From an uncultured bacterium (lineage in GTDB: Bacteria > Abyssobacteria > SURF-5): 64,000 nt of DNA. This document shows, piece by piece, positions 1 to 9,745 of this stretch. Position numbers and translations under genes: made by a program. Position 1 is the stretch's first letter; each line of letters starts with the position of its first letter. The stretch spans positions 32,001 through 96,000 of the forward strand of contig CAZSKP010000009.1 of assembly GCA_964607485.1 (NCBI GenBank), given 5' to 3'. The notes beneath the pieces were generated by a model that saw only the letters and a list, made by a program, of their open reading frames with translations, did not search any database and was not told the origin of the DNA.

Positions 1-57
1 CCCATAAACGCGTCCTCTCCCATACCCAATGCTGTTCGTAACATTTGACCGAGCAAC

Positions 58-945
58 TCAGTTGTCCGAACCGATCATGCGTGCAAAAGCTTTACTCACT
101 CTCGCAGGTCCCGCGTCTCTAACAGTCAAAGGAGGGGTCTGGCGCTGGTCATAACAGATGCCAACATGGCTGTCAAATGTGCCATTTCCATTCGTGCTTG
201 ACTCTAAAACTATCCCTTCTGTGTCTTCACCCGCCAGACCAGCCCATTCAGCGTTTGTTGCTTCAAGATATTCTTGAATTTCTGGCCAGCTTGAGCACCT
301 CCAACCCTGCCAGAAAATCATTGTTTCTGCAACATTGCGCATCTCCTTATCTGTCTTAATCATTGCTCTGAAATCTATCTCCTCGCCAGCGAGCAAACTG
401 CTCACGCATCCTGCAAATTCAGGATCCATCGAAGCAACAAATTTGAGACTGATCTTCTTTCCTTTAGAAACTTCCTCGTAAAATCCTTCCTCAACCAATA
501 TTTTCCGATAGCTATTATAAACAATATCATCAAGGCCGGAGATATATTCGGAACAGGTTGAAAAGAAATTGTGAATCTCTTGTGCATCCAAATTTCCGTT
601 TGAAGACTGGATCAGAGAACATCTGGACCATATTTTACTTTTGTTTGGTGGAACACAAATCGTAATGGATGGCCTGTACTCGAGCAGAAAACCATTGGAC
701 CTAAATTGGAGACCGCCGAAAACCAATCCAGGCCCTTCCCGCGACTCATTCTCTGGTTCTAGACTCTTTTCATTCGTGATACGCGTCAAGCAATTCTTGA
801 TCTCTTTATGGAGAGATATCCATTTGCGGCTCATTGCATTCCTTACTGCAGTAGCCTTCCCATATTCACTGCTGCAGAATCCACGCGGTTTCACAACCAA
901 GCATGACCTGATCAAAGGGAATCTGTATTGCTTGTCAGCGTACAA
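58..945 (-). CDS. Hypothetical protein in low-GC segment
   Basis: 295-aa ORF in an AT-rich stretch where long ORFs are unlikely by chance; no motif recognised; start uncertain (TTG). Confidence 0.55.
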   Translation of the reverse strand: MYADKQYRFPLIRSCLVVKPRGFCSSEYGKATAVRNAMSRKWISLHKEIKNCLTRITNEKSLEPENESREGPGLVFGGLQFRSNGFLLEYRPSITICVPPNKSKIWSRCSLIQSSNGNLDAQEIHNFFSTCSEYISGLDDIVYNSYRKILVEEGFYEEVSKGKKISLKFVASMDPEFAGCVSSLLAGEEIDFRAMIKTDKEMRNVAETMIFWQGWRCSSWPEIQEYLEATNAEWAGLAGEDTEGIVLESSTNGNGTFDSHVGICYDQRQTPPLTVRDAGPARVSKAFARMIGSDN

Positions 946-1265
946 GATTACACCTGCCTTCCTCCGGTTGCACTTATCATGCTTGCTCTAACTTCTGTTT
1001 TCCTAAGCACATGGACACACTAATATTATATCCTATAACATAAACTTTTTCAAGAAACTTCCCGCCCATGGGGGATAGATTCTGGTTCGGGCGCTGAAGC
1101 GTAAACTCGGCATTAGTGGGCGATTATTTTCTCTCACGAACAATCTACCATAACGCACGCTAACAAATTTGTCAAGTTGAATGCAATATTCTTCTTTCGT
1201 AGTTCCGCAACGAATGTCCAGGTTCCACGAAGGCCGAACGCGAAGCAGCATTAAGCATACCTTTA

Positions 1266-1700
1266 CTATTCTTCGCCGTCTATTTTGCGGATTCGCCTGA
1301 GGTGGCGTCCCCCCTCGAAGGGAGTTTCCATCCACACGCGGAGTATGTCCCGGGCGGCGGCAAAATCGATGAGCCTCGAGCCGAGCACAAGCACGTTCGC
1401 GTCGTTGTGTGCTCTCGACATCTCTGCCATCCGGGTATTCATGCAGAGCGCGGCGCGGATGCCTTTGTACCTGTTGGCCGTGTAGCTCATCCCCAGTCCG
1501 GTGCCGCATATGAGCACCCCGCGCTCGCATGCATTTGCGAGTATCGTCTCGCACAGTTTCTTGGCAAAATCGGGATAGTCGCAGGATTCGGTGCTATAGC
1601 AGCCGAAGTCTTCCACCTCATGCCCTTCGGATGCGAGATGCTCCTTGACCCTTTCTTTCAGCTCAAATCCAGCGTGGTCAGAAGCTACCGCCAACTTCAT
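1266..1700 (-). CDS. rpiB: Ribose-5-phosphate isomerase B
   Basis: ASDHAG, DYPD, CGTGLGMS, HNDAN, GGRH motifs; ATG at 1700 preceded by purine-rich AGGAAGGG. Confidence 0.95.
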   Translation of the reverse strand: MKLAVASDHAGFELKERVKEHLASEGHEVEDFGCYSTESCDYPDFAKKLCETILANACERGVLICGTGLGMSYTANRYKGIRAALCMNTRMAEMSRAHNDANVLVLGSRLIDFAAARDILRVWMETPFEGGRHLRRIRKIDGEE

Positions 1701-2367
1701 CTGGGTTCCCTTCCTGAGAATACAGTCTCCTGCCAAACTCGGCGACCACGGCGCTCAGCCTGTCAGCCGGGACCGCACCCTCCCTTAATATTACTATTTT
1801 TCGACCGGTAACTTCCACTATCGTTGACGGCAGCTTGCAGGTGCTCGGCCCTCCATCGACAACCGCGTCGATTTCGCCCCTGAAGTACTCCATGGCTTCC
1901 TGCGCGCTCCGTGCAGGCCGGCCTCCAGAGGGGTTGGCGCTTGTGGCAACCAACAGCCCGCCCAGCGCGCCCGCGATGGCGCGGGCGATAGTGTTGTCGG
2001 GCATCCTGACGCAGATCATCCTGCGCGCGTCCAGCACATCGGTCGGAAGATTCCCGGAATCCTCGACCACGAGCGAGACCGGGCCGGGCCAGAATGTCTC
2101 GGCGATGGCCGCAGCGACGGGACTGAGCCTGATTCCCCACTCCGCCAGCCGCTCCGGCTTGTCGATGACGTAGGGAAATGGTTTTGCCCCCTCCCTGCCC
2201 TTGAGTATTCTGACCTTGTGGTTGGCGTCGGAGTTGAAGGCGTCGCCGCCGAGTCCGTAAAGCGTGTCGGTGGGGTAGGCAATCACGCCTCCCTTTTTCA
2301 GCAGCGAGGCGACCTCGTTCACCAGTTTAGGCTCGGGCGCTCTTGTGTTTAGTTCGAATACTTTCAT
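1678..2367 (-). CDS. tsaC: L-threonylcarbamoyladenylate synthase (TsaC/YrdC/Sua5 family)
   Basis: YPTDTLYGL, LKGR, WPGPVS, TSANPSG, PSTIV motifs; start refined to MKVFEL. Confidence 0.92.
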   Translation of the reverse strand: MKVFELNTRAPEPKLVNEVASLLKKGGVIAYPTDTLYGLGGDAFNSDANHKVRILKGREGAKPFPYVIDKPERLAEWGIRLSPVAAAIAETFWPGPVSLVVEDSGNLPTDVLDARRMICVRMPDNTIARAIAGALGGLLVATSANPSGGRPARSAQEAMEYFRGEIDAVVDGGPSTCKLPSTIVEVTGRKIVILREGAVPADRLSAVVAEFGRRLYSQEGNPDEVGGSF

Positions 2368-2971
2368 CCTTCTTCGAACGCTCGGCGAGCATTCGCTCCA
2401 GAATGCGGCGAGCCTTCCTGAGGGCTTGCGCGCGGTGGCTGATCTCGTTCTTTGTTTTCGTGCCCAACCGGGCAAAGGTCTTGTCGTACCCCTTGGGAAT
2501 GAACACGGGATCATACCCGAAACCCGATTTCCCGAGCGGGCGCGAGGCGATCCTGCCCTCGCACTTTCCCGTGGCCATCCAGATTTTCTTTCCGTCGGTT
2601 ATGGCCACCACGCACACAAAGCGCGCCGTTCGCTTTTCGGCCTTGACGCCCCGCATCAGGCGCAGCAGCTTCTTGACGTTATCCGCGTCCGTGGCATCGT
2701 CTCCGGCAAATCTGGCCGAATGGCAGCCGGGCTGTCCACCGAGACGGTCAACCTGCAGGCCCGAATCCTCGGCAAGCGTGAGGAAACCGGTCTGACGAAC
2801 ATATGTCCTTGCCTTGATGCGCGCGTTTGCCGCGAACGAATTGCCGCTCTCGCGCGCGGGCTTGACATTCTTGATTTCCTTGAGACTGACTATCTCGACG
2901 GGGAGCCCGTCGAGAATCTTCGAGATTTCGCGGATTTTGCCCGTGTTGCCGGTTGCGAGGAGGAGCTTCAC
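2327..2971 (-). CDS. rdgB: Non-canonical purine NTP pyrophosphatase (RdgB/HAM1)
   Basis: ATGNTGK, EDSGL, SARF, FGYDPVF, KNEISHR; GTGA overlap with rph stop. Confidence 0.95.
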   Translation of the reverse strand: MKLLLATGNTGKIREISKILDGLPVEIVSLKEIKNVKPARESGNSFAANARIKARTYVRQTGFLTLAEDSGLQVDRLGGQPGCHSARFAGDDATDADNVKKLLRLMRGVKAEKRTARFVCVVAITDGKKIWMATGKCEGRIASRPLGKSGFGYDPVFIPKGYDKTFARLGTKTKNEISHRAQALRKARRILERMLAERSKKDESIRTKHKSARA

Positions 2972-3703
2972 GACCCCGCGCTCCCGGCTTCGAGCGCGGC
3001 CGTCTGCGAGCGGACCAACCGTCGAATGCCATCCTGCGCGAGGTCGAGCAGCTCGTCGAGGAGCTTTCTCTCGAACGGGTCCTTTTCAGCGGTGGCCTGA
3101 ATCTCGACAACCCTTCCTGCTTGCGTCATAATCACGTTGAGGTCCGCCTCCGCCCGCGAGTCTTCCTGATAGCACAGGTCGAGCATCGGAATCAACTATG
3201 CCCACGCTGGTGGCGGCCACGACTTCCCTGATGGGCATCGAGTCGATTCCGTTCGACTCGATGAGCCACGAGAGAGCGTCGTGCAGCGCGACGAACGAGC
3301 CGGTGATCGCGGCGGTTCGCGTGCCGCCGTCTGCCTGGAGGACATCGCAATCCATCTGAATCGTCCGCGAGCCCAGGGCCGAAAGGTCCACCACGGAGCG
3401 CAACGTGCGTCCGATAAGCCTCTGAATCTCGAACGCGCGCCCCGATGCGCCCCGGCCGATGCGGGTCTCGTTCGAGCGGGGGAGCATCGCATACTCGGCG
3501 GTTATCCATCCCTTGCCCGAACCCTCCAGAAAAGGCGGGACCCCTTCCCCGACGGAGGCGTTGCACAGGACCCGAGTATCGCCGATTTCAATCAGCACGG
3601 ACCCTTCGGCGTACTTTGTGAATCCTCTCCGGATGACGACGGGCCGCATCTCGTTCCACCGTCGCCCGTCCGGCCTGAGAATGTGCGTGCGATCATCCGC
3701 CAC
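2968..3703 (-). pseudogene. rph: Ribonuclease PH, frameshifted near 3190 (true lesion or assembly error)
   Basis: N-part RPDGR...AEGS...[12 protein letters not shown]...[11 protein letters not shown] in ORF 3086-3703; C-part [19 protein letters not shown]...EIQATAE in another frame (2968-3195). Confidence 0.85.
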
Positions 3704-5123
3704 TGGGAACTTCCTCGGGTTGCGGCTGCTGCTCAGTCTCGGGAGCTGTCGTATCGGGGAGAGCCTCGACAGGCGCTGTGTCCGTCGACGTGCCGGAGGA
3801 AACCTCCTTCGGCTCCTCCTTCGCGGTGGTCTCGATCTGTTTTTTCGCGACGTTTATGTTCTGTTCGATTGTCTTGAAGATGTCGTACCCCTGAAGCAGC
3901 TCTACCGCCCGTTCGAGCTGAATGTCCGTTGCCTCAGGCTTTTCCTGGCCGGCGCCGACCGTGCCGGGTATGGTCATGCCGCTGAGGAGGTGGGCAAGCT
4001 GTTCCTTGCTCATCTTCACGACAATATCCGGAGTGATGCCGACCCCGTTTATGGAATGGCCGTTCGGGGTGAGATACTTCGCCGTGGTCAGACGAAGGGC
4101 CGAACCGTCGGACATTGGGATTATGCTCTGAACCGAGCCTTTCCCGAATGTCTTCTCGCCCAGGATGACTGCCCGATGCCAGTCTCTGAGCGCGCCCGCC
4201 ACAATTTCCGACGCGCTGGCGCTGCCCCCGTTCACCAGCACGACGATGGGCGTACTTGGATCGACCGTCGCGTCGCGCTTCGCCTTGAATCTCAGACTCT
4301 GGTCGGGGTGGCGAGACTCGGTGTAAACGATGAGCTGGCCTTTCTCGAGAAATTCGTCGGCCACGTCGGCGGCCACGTTGAGCAGTCCGCCGGGATTCGT
4401 GCGAAGGTCAAACACGAGCGACCGCATCCCCTTGGCCTTCAGGTCCTCTATCGCCTCGTGGAGCTCGGTCCCGGTCTGTTCGCTGAACTCGCGAAGGCGG
4501 ATGCGCCCGATGGAGTCGTCGAGCATATCCCACTTGACGCTCCGGATCTTAATGTCGTCGCGAACCAGCGTGAACTCCAGCTCTTCCGGAACGTTGCCGT
4601 CGTTTTCGTGAAGCCTGAGAACGGAAATGGTGACCTTTGTGCCTTTCGGACCCCGAAGTTTCTTGACAGCCTCTTCGAGCACCAGTCCCGTTGTGCTCTC
4701 CCCGTCGATCTTTATGATTTTGTCGCCCGCCTGCACGCCGGCTTTGAACGCGGGGGTGTCCTCGATGGGCGAGACGACGGTGAGCACCTTGTTTTCGTCG
4801 AGGCTGATGACGATTCCCAGCCCGCCGAAGTGTCCCTCGGTCTCGACCTTGAGCTCCTTATAGACATCCGGGGGCATGAACTGGCTGTGGGGGTCGAGTC
4901 CGTCCAGCATTCCCTTCAGCGCGTCGTATATCAGCGTTTGGGTGGAGACTTCCTCCACATATTCGCTCTGCACAATGCTGAGGGCGTCGGAGAAAAGCTC
5001 GAGGTCGTTGTATGTCGAGCCGGTCTGAGCCGCGACGTAGCCGGACAGGCTGTTGCCTATGATGAGGCCCAGCGTGAGAACCGACGCCAGAAAAAGGAAA
5101 AACTCACTCCGATTGCGTTGCAT
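3693..5123 (-). CDS. ctpA: Carboxyl-terminal processing protease (S41A, PDZ)
   Basis: N-terminal hydrophobic segment, [38 protein letters not shown]. Confidence 0.95.
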   Translation of the reverse strand: MQRNRSEFFLFLASVLTLGLIIGNSLSGYVAAQTGSTYNDLELFSDALSIVQSEYVEEVSTQTLIYDALKGMLDGLDPHSQFMPPDVYKELKVETEGHFGGLGIVISLDENKVLTVVSPIEDTPAFKAGVQAGDKIIKIDGESTTGLVLEEAVKKLRGPKGTKVTISVLRLHENDGNVPEELEFTLVRDDIKIRSVKWDMLDDSIGRIRLREFSEQTGTELHEAIEDLKAKGMRSLVFDLRTNPGGLLNVAADVADEFLEKGQLIVYTESRHPDQSLRFKAKRDATVDPSTPIVVLVNGGSASASEIVAGALRDWHRAVILGEKTFGKGSVQSIIPMSDGSALRLTTAKYLTPNGHSINGVGITPDIVVKMSKEQLAHLLSGMTIPGTVGAGQEKPEATDIQLERAVELLQGYDIFKTIEQNINVAKKQIETTAKEEPKEVSSGTSTDTAPVEALPDTTAPETEQQPQPEEVPSGG

Positions 5124-7137
5124 GTATATTCCTCCTTTGAAGCCAAACAGCAGGGTCGACGGGGTCTCCGTGTTCCCTTATTTCAAAATACAGAAACGGG
5201 CCCTTCAGCGAACCGGTTTCGCCCACGAGCGCTATGGGTTGGCCACCCTTCACATGGTCTCCTTTCCTCACGAGAATCTCGGAGCAGTGCGAATATATGC
5301 TGTTATACCCGTCGCCGTGGTCGAGAATCACGAGCTTGCCATATCCTCTGAACCAGTCGCAGTAGGCGACAATCGCGTCGTGGATGGCGCGGATTTGCGA
5401 GCCCACCGAGCCCGAAATATCGACGCCAAGGTGCCTGGTGAATGTGCCCGAGTCGGGATTTCGCACCCTGCCGAATGGAACCGTTATTTCGCCCTCGGTC
5501 GGCCAGGGGAGCAGCCCCCTCATTTCCCCGAACGGAACCGCGCCCGTGAGTGCGGGCTGCGCCTCCGCCCGTTGCTTTTCGATAAAATCCTGCAGGTTAC
5601 GAGCCGAAGCCTCCAGGTCGGTTATCGCGGCCAGATAGATATTCTTCTGTTCCCTGAGCTTCGTCAATATGACTTCGCGCTGTCTCTTCTTCTCCACAGC
5701 CTGCTGAGCGCGCAATTTCGCGGCCTCGGTATAAAGCGTATCCAATTCGACGCGCTTACGCAAGGTTTCCTGTTGCTCCAGATAGGTCCTGCGAAGCCCC
5801 TCGGCCCGCTCAAAGGTCTCGGCCTCCTTCTCCGCCAACAGTGAGAGCATTCGTCGACGCCTCGTGATCTCGGATTGGGGAATATCGCAGAGTATGACCT
5901 CGACCAGAGACGGTTCCCGTTGATTGCACAGAAGCCTGAGCCACTGCTCGAGCTCCTGCCGCGAGCGTACATACAGCGTCTCACACCTGCCGAGTTCGGC
6001 CTGCGCCATCCCGATCGCCTCTTTGTTGGCTGCAATATTCGCTTCGCCCGTCTTGATTTCACGGGCAAGGCTGTCTATTTCCTTGTCTCTCCCCTCCAGG
6101 TCGTCTATTATCGCGCGTTCCTGCTGGCCGAGTTTTTCGGCGGCGGCCATGCTCTGTTGCAGGTCGCGTTCGAGCCGCTTCAGTTCCTGTTGATACTTGA
6201 CCAGCTCGGACTCCAAGTCCTCATCGGCGCGGACCAGACTCCCGGCCGGCCACGCGGCGAGCAGGACCGCGAGCGTCACTACGAGCACGTTTCGAAGCGA
6301 AAACCAGCTTGCCATGAGCGCCAGAGCCGGGCCGACGGCAAAGGCCGCCCCCACCAGTCCCAGGGGGAGCCGAAGCGTCTCGCCCATCCTGTTCGAAAGC
6401 AGCGCGGCCGTGACTGCCAACGCGCCGACGCCGACGGCCGACCCGCACATGCCCTGCGCAACACCCTCCACTGCGAAGACGCGGCGAATGAACTTTGTGC
6501 TCGCGCCCAACATGCGAAGCGTGCGTATCTCGCTTTTGCGGGCGGTCGAGGCGAGCCTCGCTATGTTGACCGTGATTATTCCGAACGCCAGGATCCAGAA
6601 AATGCTCGTCCCGGCCGCAAATCCGGCCATTTCCCGGCGAAATTGCAGGTATCGCTCGAGCATCGTTTCCTCGAACCGTACCTCGTCCACCCCCTTGATC
6701 GAAGCAACCCGCGAGGCCACCCGCCTGATGACGGAGAGGTCCCGGTTGCCCTCGACAAGCCTTATCACAATCGAAGGGGGCAACACCTCATCGAGCGGCA
6801 CCTCGCCCAAGTCGAGCGAATCGCCCGCTTCGGAGAAGAGTTCTTCCCACGATTGCTGGCCGCTGACCAGTCTCGCGTCGCCCACCTCGTTGATGGAGCG
6901 AACGTCGTCGAGCACCTTCTGCGGGCTCTGCGCCTCCGGCCCGCGGGAAAGAAAGGCGACCAGCTCCACCCTGCTCTCCCATTTCTTGAGCAGAGAATTC
7001 ACGTTGAGGACGAGGAACGCAAACGCCCCCATCGCAAACACGGCGACCGCCACGCATCCGGCCATGGCCAGGCTAAGAGTGCGCGCCCGCCGGAAATTCC
7101 GAAGCCCTTCCCTAACGGCGAGGTTGTATCCCTCCAT
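5104..7137 (-). CDS. FtsX permease fused to EnvC-like coiled-coil/degenerate LytM (M23) protein
   Basis: aa 1-~282 FtsX-like (RKSEIRTLRMLGASTKFIRRVFAVEG); hydrophobic linker; coiled coil; C-terminal M23 (LPWPTEG, HLGVD, GYGKLVILDHG, GPFLYFEIR); position between ftsE and ctpA. Confidence 0.88.
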   Translation of the reverse strand: MEGYNLAVREGLRNFRRARTLSLAMAGCVAVAVFAMGAFAFLVLNVNSLLKKWESRVELVAFLSRGPEAQSPQKVLDDVRSINEVGDARLVSGQQSWEELFSEAGDSLDLGEVPLDEVLPPSIVIRLVEGNRDLSVIRRVASRVASIKGVDEVRFEETMLERYLQFRREMAGFAAGTSIFWILAFGIITVNIARLASTARKSEIRTLRMLGASTKFIRRVFAVEGVAQGMCGSAVGVGALAVTAALLSNRMGETLRLPLGLVGAAFAVGPALALMASWFSLRNVLVVTLAVLLAAWPAGSLVRADEDLESELVKYQQELKRLERDLQQSMAAAEKLGQQERAIIDDLEGRDKEIDSLAREIKTGEANIAANKEAIGMAQAELGRCETLYVRSRQELEQWLRLLCNQREPSLVEVILCDIPQSEITRRRRMLSLLAEKEAETFERAEGLRRTYLEQQETLRKRVELDTLYTEAAKLRAQQAVEKKRQREVILTKLREQKNIYLAAITDLEASARNLQDFIEKQRAEAQPALTGAVPFGEMRGLLPWPTEGEITVPFGRVRNPDSGTFTRHLGVDISGSVGSQIRAIHDAIVAYCDWFRGYGKLVILDHGDGYNSIYSHCSEILVRKGDHVKGGQPIALVGETGSLKGPFLYFEIREHGDPVDPAVWLQRRNIHATQSE

Positions 7138-7166
7138 TGAGATCGTTCGCCGTCCTCTCCCCCGCG

Positions 7167-7838
7167 TCAGGACGCCGGGGTCTTCTCCATCCGACCGAAG
7201 GAACGTGTGTCGAGCATGATGGGACGTTTGCCCGACTGCTCCGCAAATTCGACGTTATGAGTCGCAATCACGATGGTCGACCCGCGCAGGTTCGCGCCCT
7301 TGAACAGTTCCGCCGCCTTCTCGGCCGACCGCCAATCGAGCCGCTCATACGGTTCGTCGGCCAGCACGATTTTGGGCCGGCGCGCCAGCGCGCGGACGAT
7401 CTTGAGCATCTGCTTTTCATTCTCCGAAACCTGGTCGGGGAACAGGCCGGTCTTGCCGAGGAGGCCGATTCCCCTGAGATAGAAAACGGTCTCCTTCCTG
7501 GCATCGGAGGCCCGCCAGCCCGCGAGTTCGAGCGAAACCGATATATTCTCGGCGAGGGTATGCTGTGGAAGCAGATAGTCGTCCTGAAATATCACTCCGA
7601 GTGTGCGCCTGTACTTGGGATAGTCGCGTCGCGGAATTTCGGTGATGTCGCGCCCTTCCACGATGACGCGGCCGCCCGAGGGCATCTGCTGAAGCGCCAG
7701 CGTGCGCAACAGAGAGGTTTTCCCCGAACCCGCCTGCCCGCAGATGAAAACAAAATCCCCCTTTTCGATATGCAGATTGAGGCCGTCGAGCACCTCGTGG
7801 GGCCCATGTCGCAGGCACAGGTCCAAGGTAATAATCAC
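7167..7838 (-). CDS. ftsE: FtsE-like ABC ATP-binding protein with degenerate signature motif
   Basis: Walker A GQAGSGKT, Q-loop IFQD, Walker B VLADE, ATH switch; GTGA overlap with upstream stop; precedes ftsX. Confidence 0.85.
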   Translation of the reverse strand: MIITLDLCLRHGPHEVLDGLNLHIEKGDFVFICGQAGSGKTSLLRTLALQQMPSGGRVIVEGRDITEIPRRDYPKYRRTLGVIFQDDYLLPQHTLAENISVSLELAGWRASDARKETVFYLRGIGLLGKTGLFPDQVSENEKQMLKIVRALARRPKIVLADEPYERLDWRSAEKAAELFKGANLRGSTIVIATHNVEFAEQSGKRPIMLDTRSFGRMEKTPAS

Positions 7839-8794
7839 TTCCCGGCCGCCTTCCTCGATATGGCCCGACGCGCAGCCTCTGCCACGTTCTCGGCCGTGAG
7901 TCCGTAGGCCGCCATCAACTCTTTGGGCTCCCCCGACTGACCAAACCTGTCCTCTATGCCGACCCTCACCACCGGAGCCGGAGAGGTCTCGCACACTATC
8001 TCCGACACGGCGCTTCCCAGGCCTCCGATGACATTGTGCTCTTCCGCCGTGACGAGCGCGCCCGTTTCGTTGACGGCCGCGACTATCGCATCCCGGTCGA
8101 TAGGTTTGATGGTGCTCATGTTGATGACACGAGCGCCTATTCCGTCCTTCGAGAGCGCCTCGGCGGCGACGAGCGCAATTTGCACCATCGTGCCAATGGC
8201 AATAATGGCGACATCGGAGCCATCCCGAAGAATCGACGCTTTGCCGAGCCTGAAGGGGTAGCTTTCTTCATAGATTATGGGCACTCCCGACCGGCCCAGC
8301 CGCAGATATGCGGGGCCGGGTGTCTCCACCACGGCGGCAACCGCCTTTTCGGTCTCCACCCCGTCGGCGGGAACGATGACTTTCATGTTCGGAATGGCCC
8401 GCATGATGGCGATGTCTTCGATTGATTGGTGAGACGACCCGTCGGGTCCGACGGCGATGCCCGCATGCGAGGCGGCGATCTTGACGTTCAGGTTCGCATA
8501 GCAGATGGAGTTTCTTATCTGCTCCCAAGCTCTTCCGGTGGCGAAGATTACGAATGAACTGGCGAATGCGATCTTGCCCGCTGCGGCGAGGCCCGCGGCC
8601 GTGCCCATCATGTCCGCCTCCGCGATGCCCATGTCGAAGAATCGTTCCGGGAACTTCTTCTTGAACTTTATCGTCTTTGTGGACTTGGCAAGGTCGGCGT
8701 CGAGCACAACGACGTCGGGGTTCTGTTCGCCCAACCGCACGAGCGCGTTTCCGTAAGCCTCGCGCGTCGCAATCTTATCACCGACCTTCAGCAT
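7835..8794 (-). CDS. Transketolase, C-terminal subunit
   Basis: DADLAKST, MGIAEADM, PDGSSHQ, EEHNVIGGLGS. Confidence 0.93.
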   Translation of the reverse strand: MLKVGDKIATREAYGNALVRLGEQNPDVVVLDADLAKSTKTIKFKKKFPERFFDMGIAEADMMGTAAGLAAAGKIAFASSFVIFATGRAWEQIRNSICYANLNVKIAASHAGIAVGPDGSSHQSIEDIAIMRAIPNMKVIVPADGVETEKAVAAVVETPGPAYLRLGRSGVPIIYEESYPFRLGKASILRDGSDVAIIAIGTMVQIALVAAEALSKDGIGARVINMSTIKPIDRDAIVAAVNETGALVTAEEHNVIGGLGSAVSEIVCETSPAPVVRVGIEDRFGQSGEPKELMAAYGLTAENVAEAARRAISRKAAGK

Positions 8795-8813
8795 CTCCTA
8801 TTTTCCCTCGCGC

Positions 8814-9638
8814 TCACTCCATTTCAGCCAATGCGCGAACACACTCCTCCTCCGTGGGTGCGACGCCGTGATAATCGACCATGTTTTCCATGAACGAGAC
8901 GCCCTTTCCCTTGACCGTGCGTGCGACTATCATTGTCGGCCGGGCTTTGGCATCCCGGGCCGTTTCGAAGGCTTGAAGTATCTCCCCCATATCATGTCCG
9001 TCTATTTCGACGACGTTCCAGCCGAAACTCTCCCACTTTGCCGATATCGAGCCCAGAGACTTGATCTCGTCGATGTGCCCGTCGATCTGAAGGCCGTTGT
9101 TGTCCACGACCGCACAGAGATTGTCCAGTCCGTGATGGGCTGCCGTCATCGCCGCCTCCCATATCTGGCCCTCCTGTATCTCTCCGTCGCCCAGAAGGAC
9201 GTACACGCGATAGTCGCGTCTGTCGAGCCTGGCGGCGAGCGCCATGCCGTTGGCGATCGAGAGCCCCTGCCCTAACGAGCCGCTCGACATATCGACGCCG
9301 GGGGTCTTCCGCATGTCCGGATGTCCCTGCAGCGGGCTGTTCAACTTCCGAAGGCCGTCCAGCCAGTCGACGGGAAAATATCCGGCCTTCGCCAGTACCG
9401 CGTACCATGTTGGCGCGCAGTGTCCCTTCGACATCAGGAAGCGGTCGCGTTCGGGCCAATCGGGACGGCGCGGGTCGTGCCGCATCACATGGAAATACAG
9501 GGCGACAACTATGTCGGCGCACGACAGGCTTCCGCCCGGGTGACCGGAGGCGGCCTTGGCGAGCATCGTGACGACATCTCGTCTTACGGCCTTCGCATGC
9601 GCCTCGAGAGCGGCAATCGTGTTCCGGTCAAAAGACAT
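8814..9638 (-). CDS. Transketolase, N-terminal (TPP-binding) subunit
   Basis: SGHPGGSLS, SKGHC, LQGHP, GSLGQG, GDGEIQEG...DNN. Confidence 0.94.
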   Translation of the reverse strand: MSFDRNTIAALEAHAKAVRRDVVTMLAKAASGHPGGSLSCADIVVALYFHVMRHDPRRPDWPERDRFLMSKGHCAPTWYAVLAKAGYFPVDWLDGLRKLNSPLQGHPDMRKTPGVDMSSGSLGQGLSIANGMALAARLDRRDYRVYVLLGDGEIQEGQIWEAAMTAAHHGLDNLCAVVDNNGLQIDGHIDEIKSLGSISAKWESFGWNVVEIDGHDMGEILQAFETARDAKARPTMIVARTVKGKGVSFMENMVDYHGVAPTEEECVRALAEME

Positions 9639-9745
9639 GTCGCGGGCCCCTGTTTATCCAATATATGACATCGGGAGAACAGCATGTTAGTTTATCAGAT
9701 TGGCGGGTAAATGTAAACCGAAATTCACTTGTTCGACGGCGGGAA

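Noticed and set aside
3459-5351. 630-aa plus-strand ORF
   Set aside because: Antisense shadow of ctpA/rph caused by GC-rich codon bias; no motifs.
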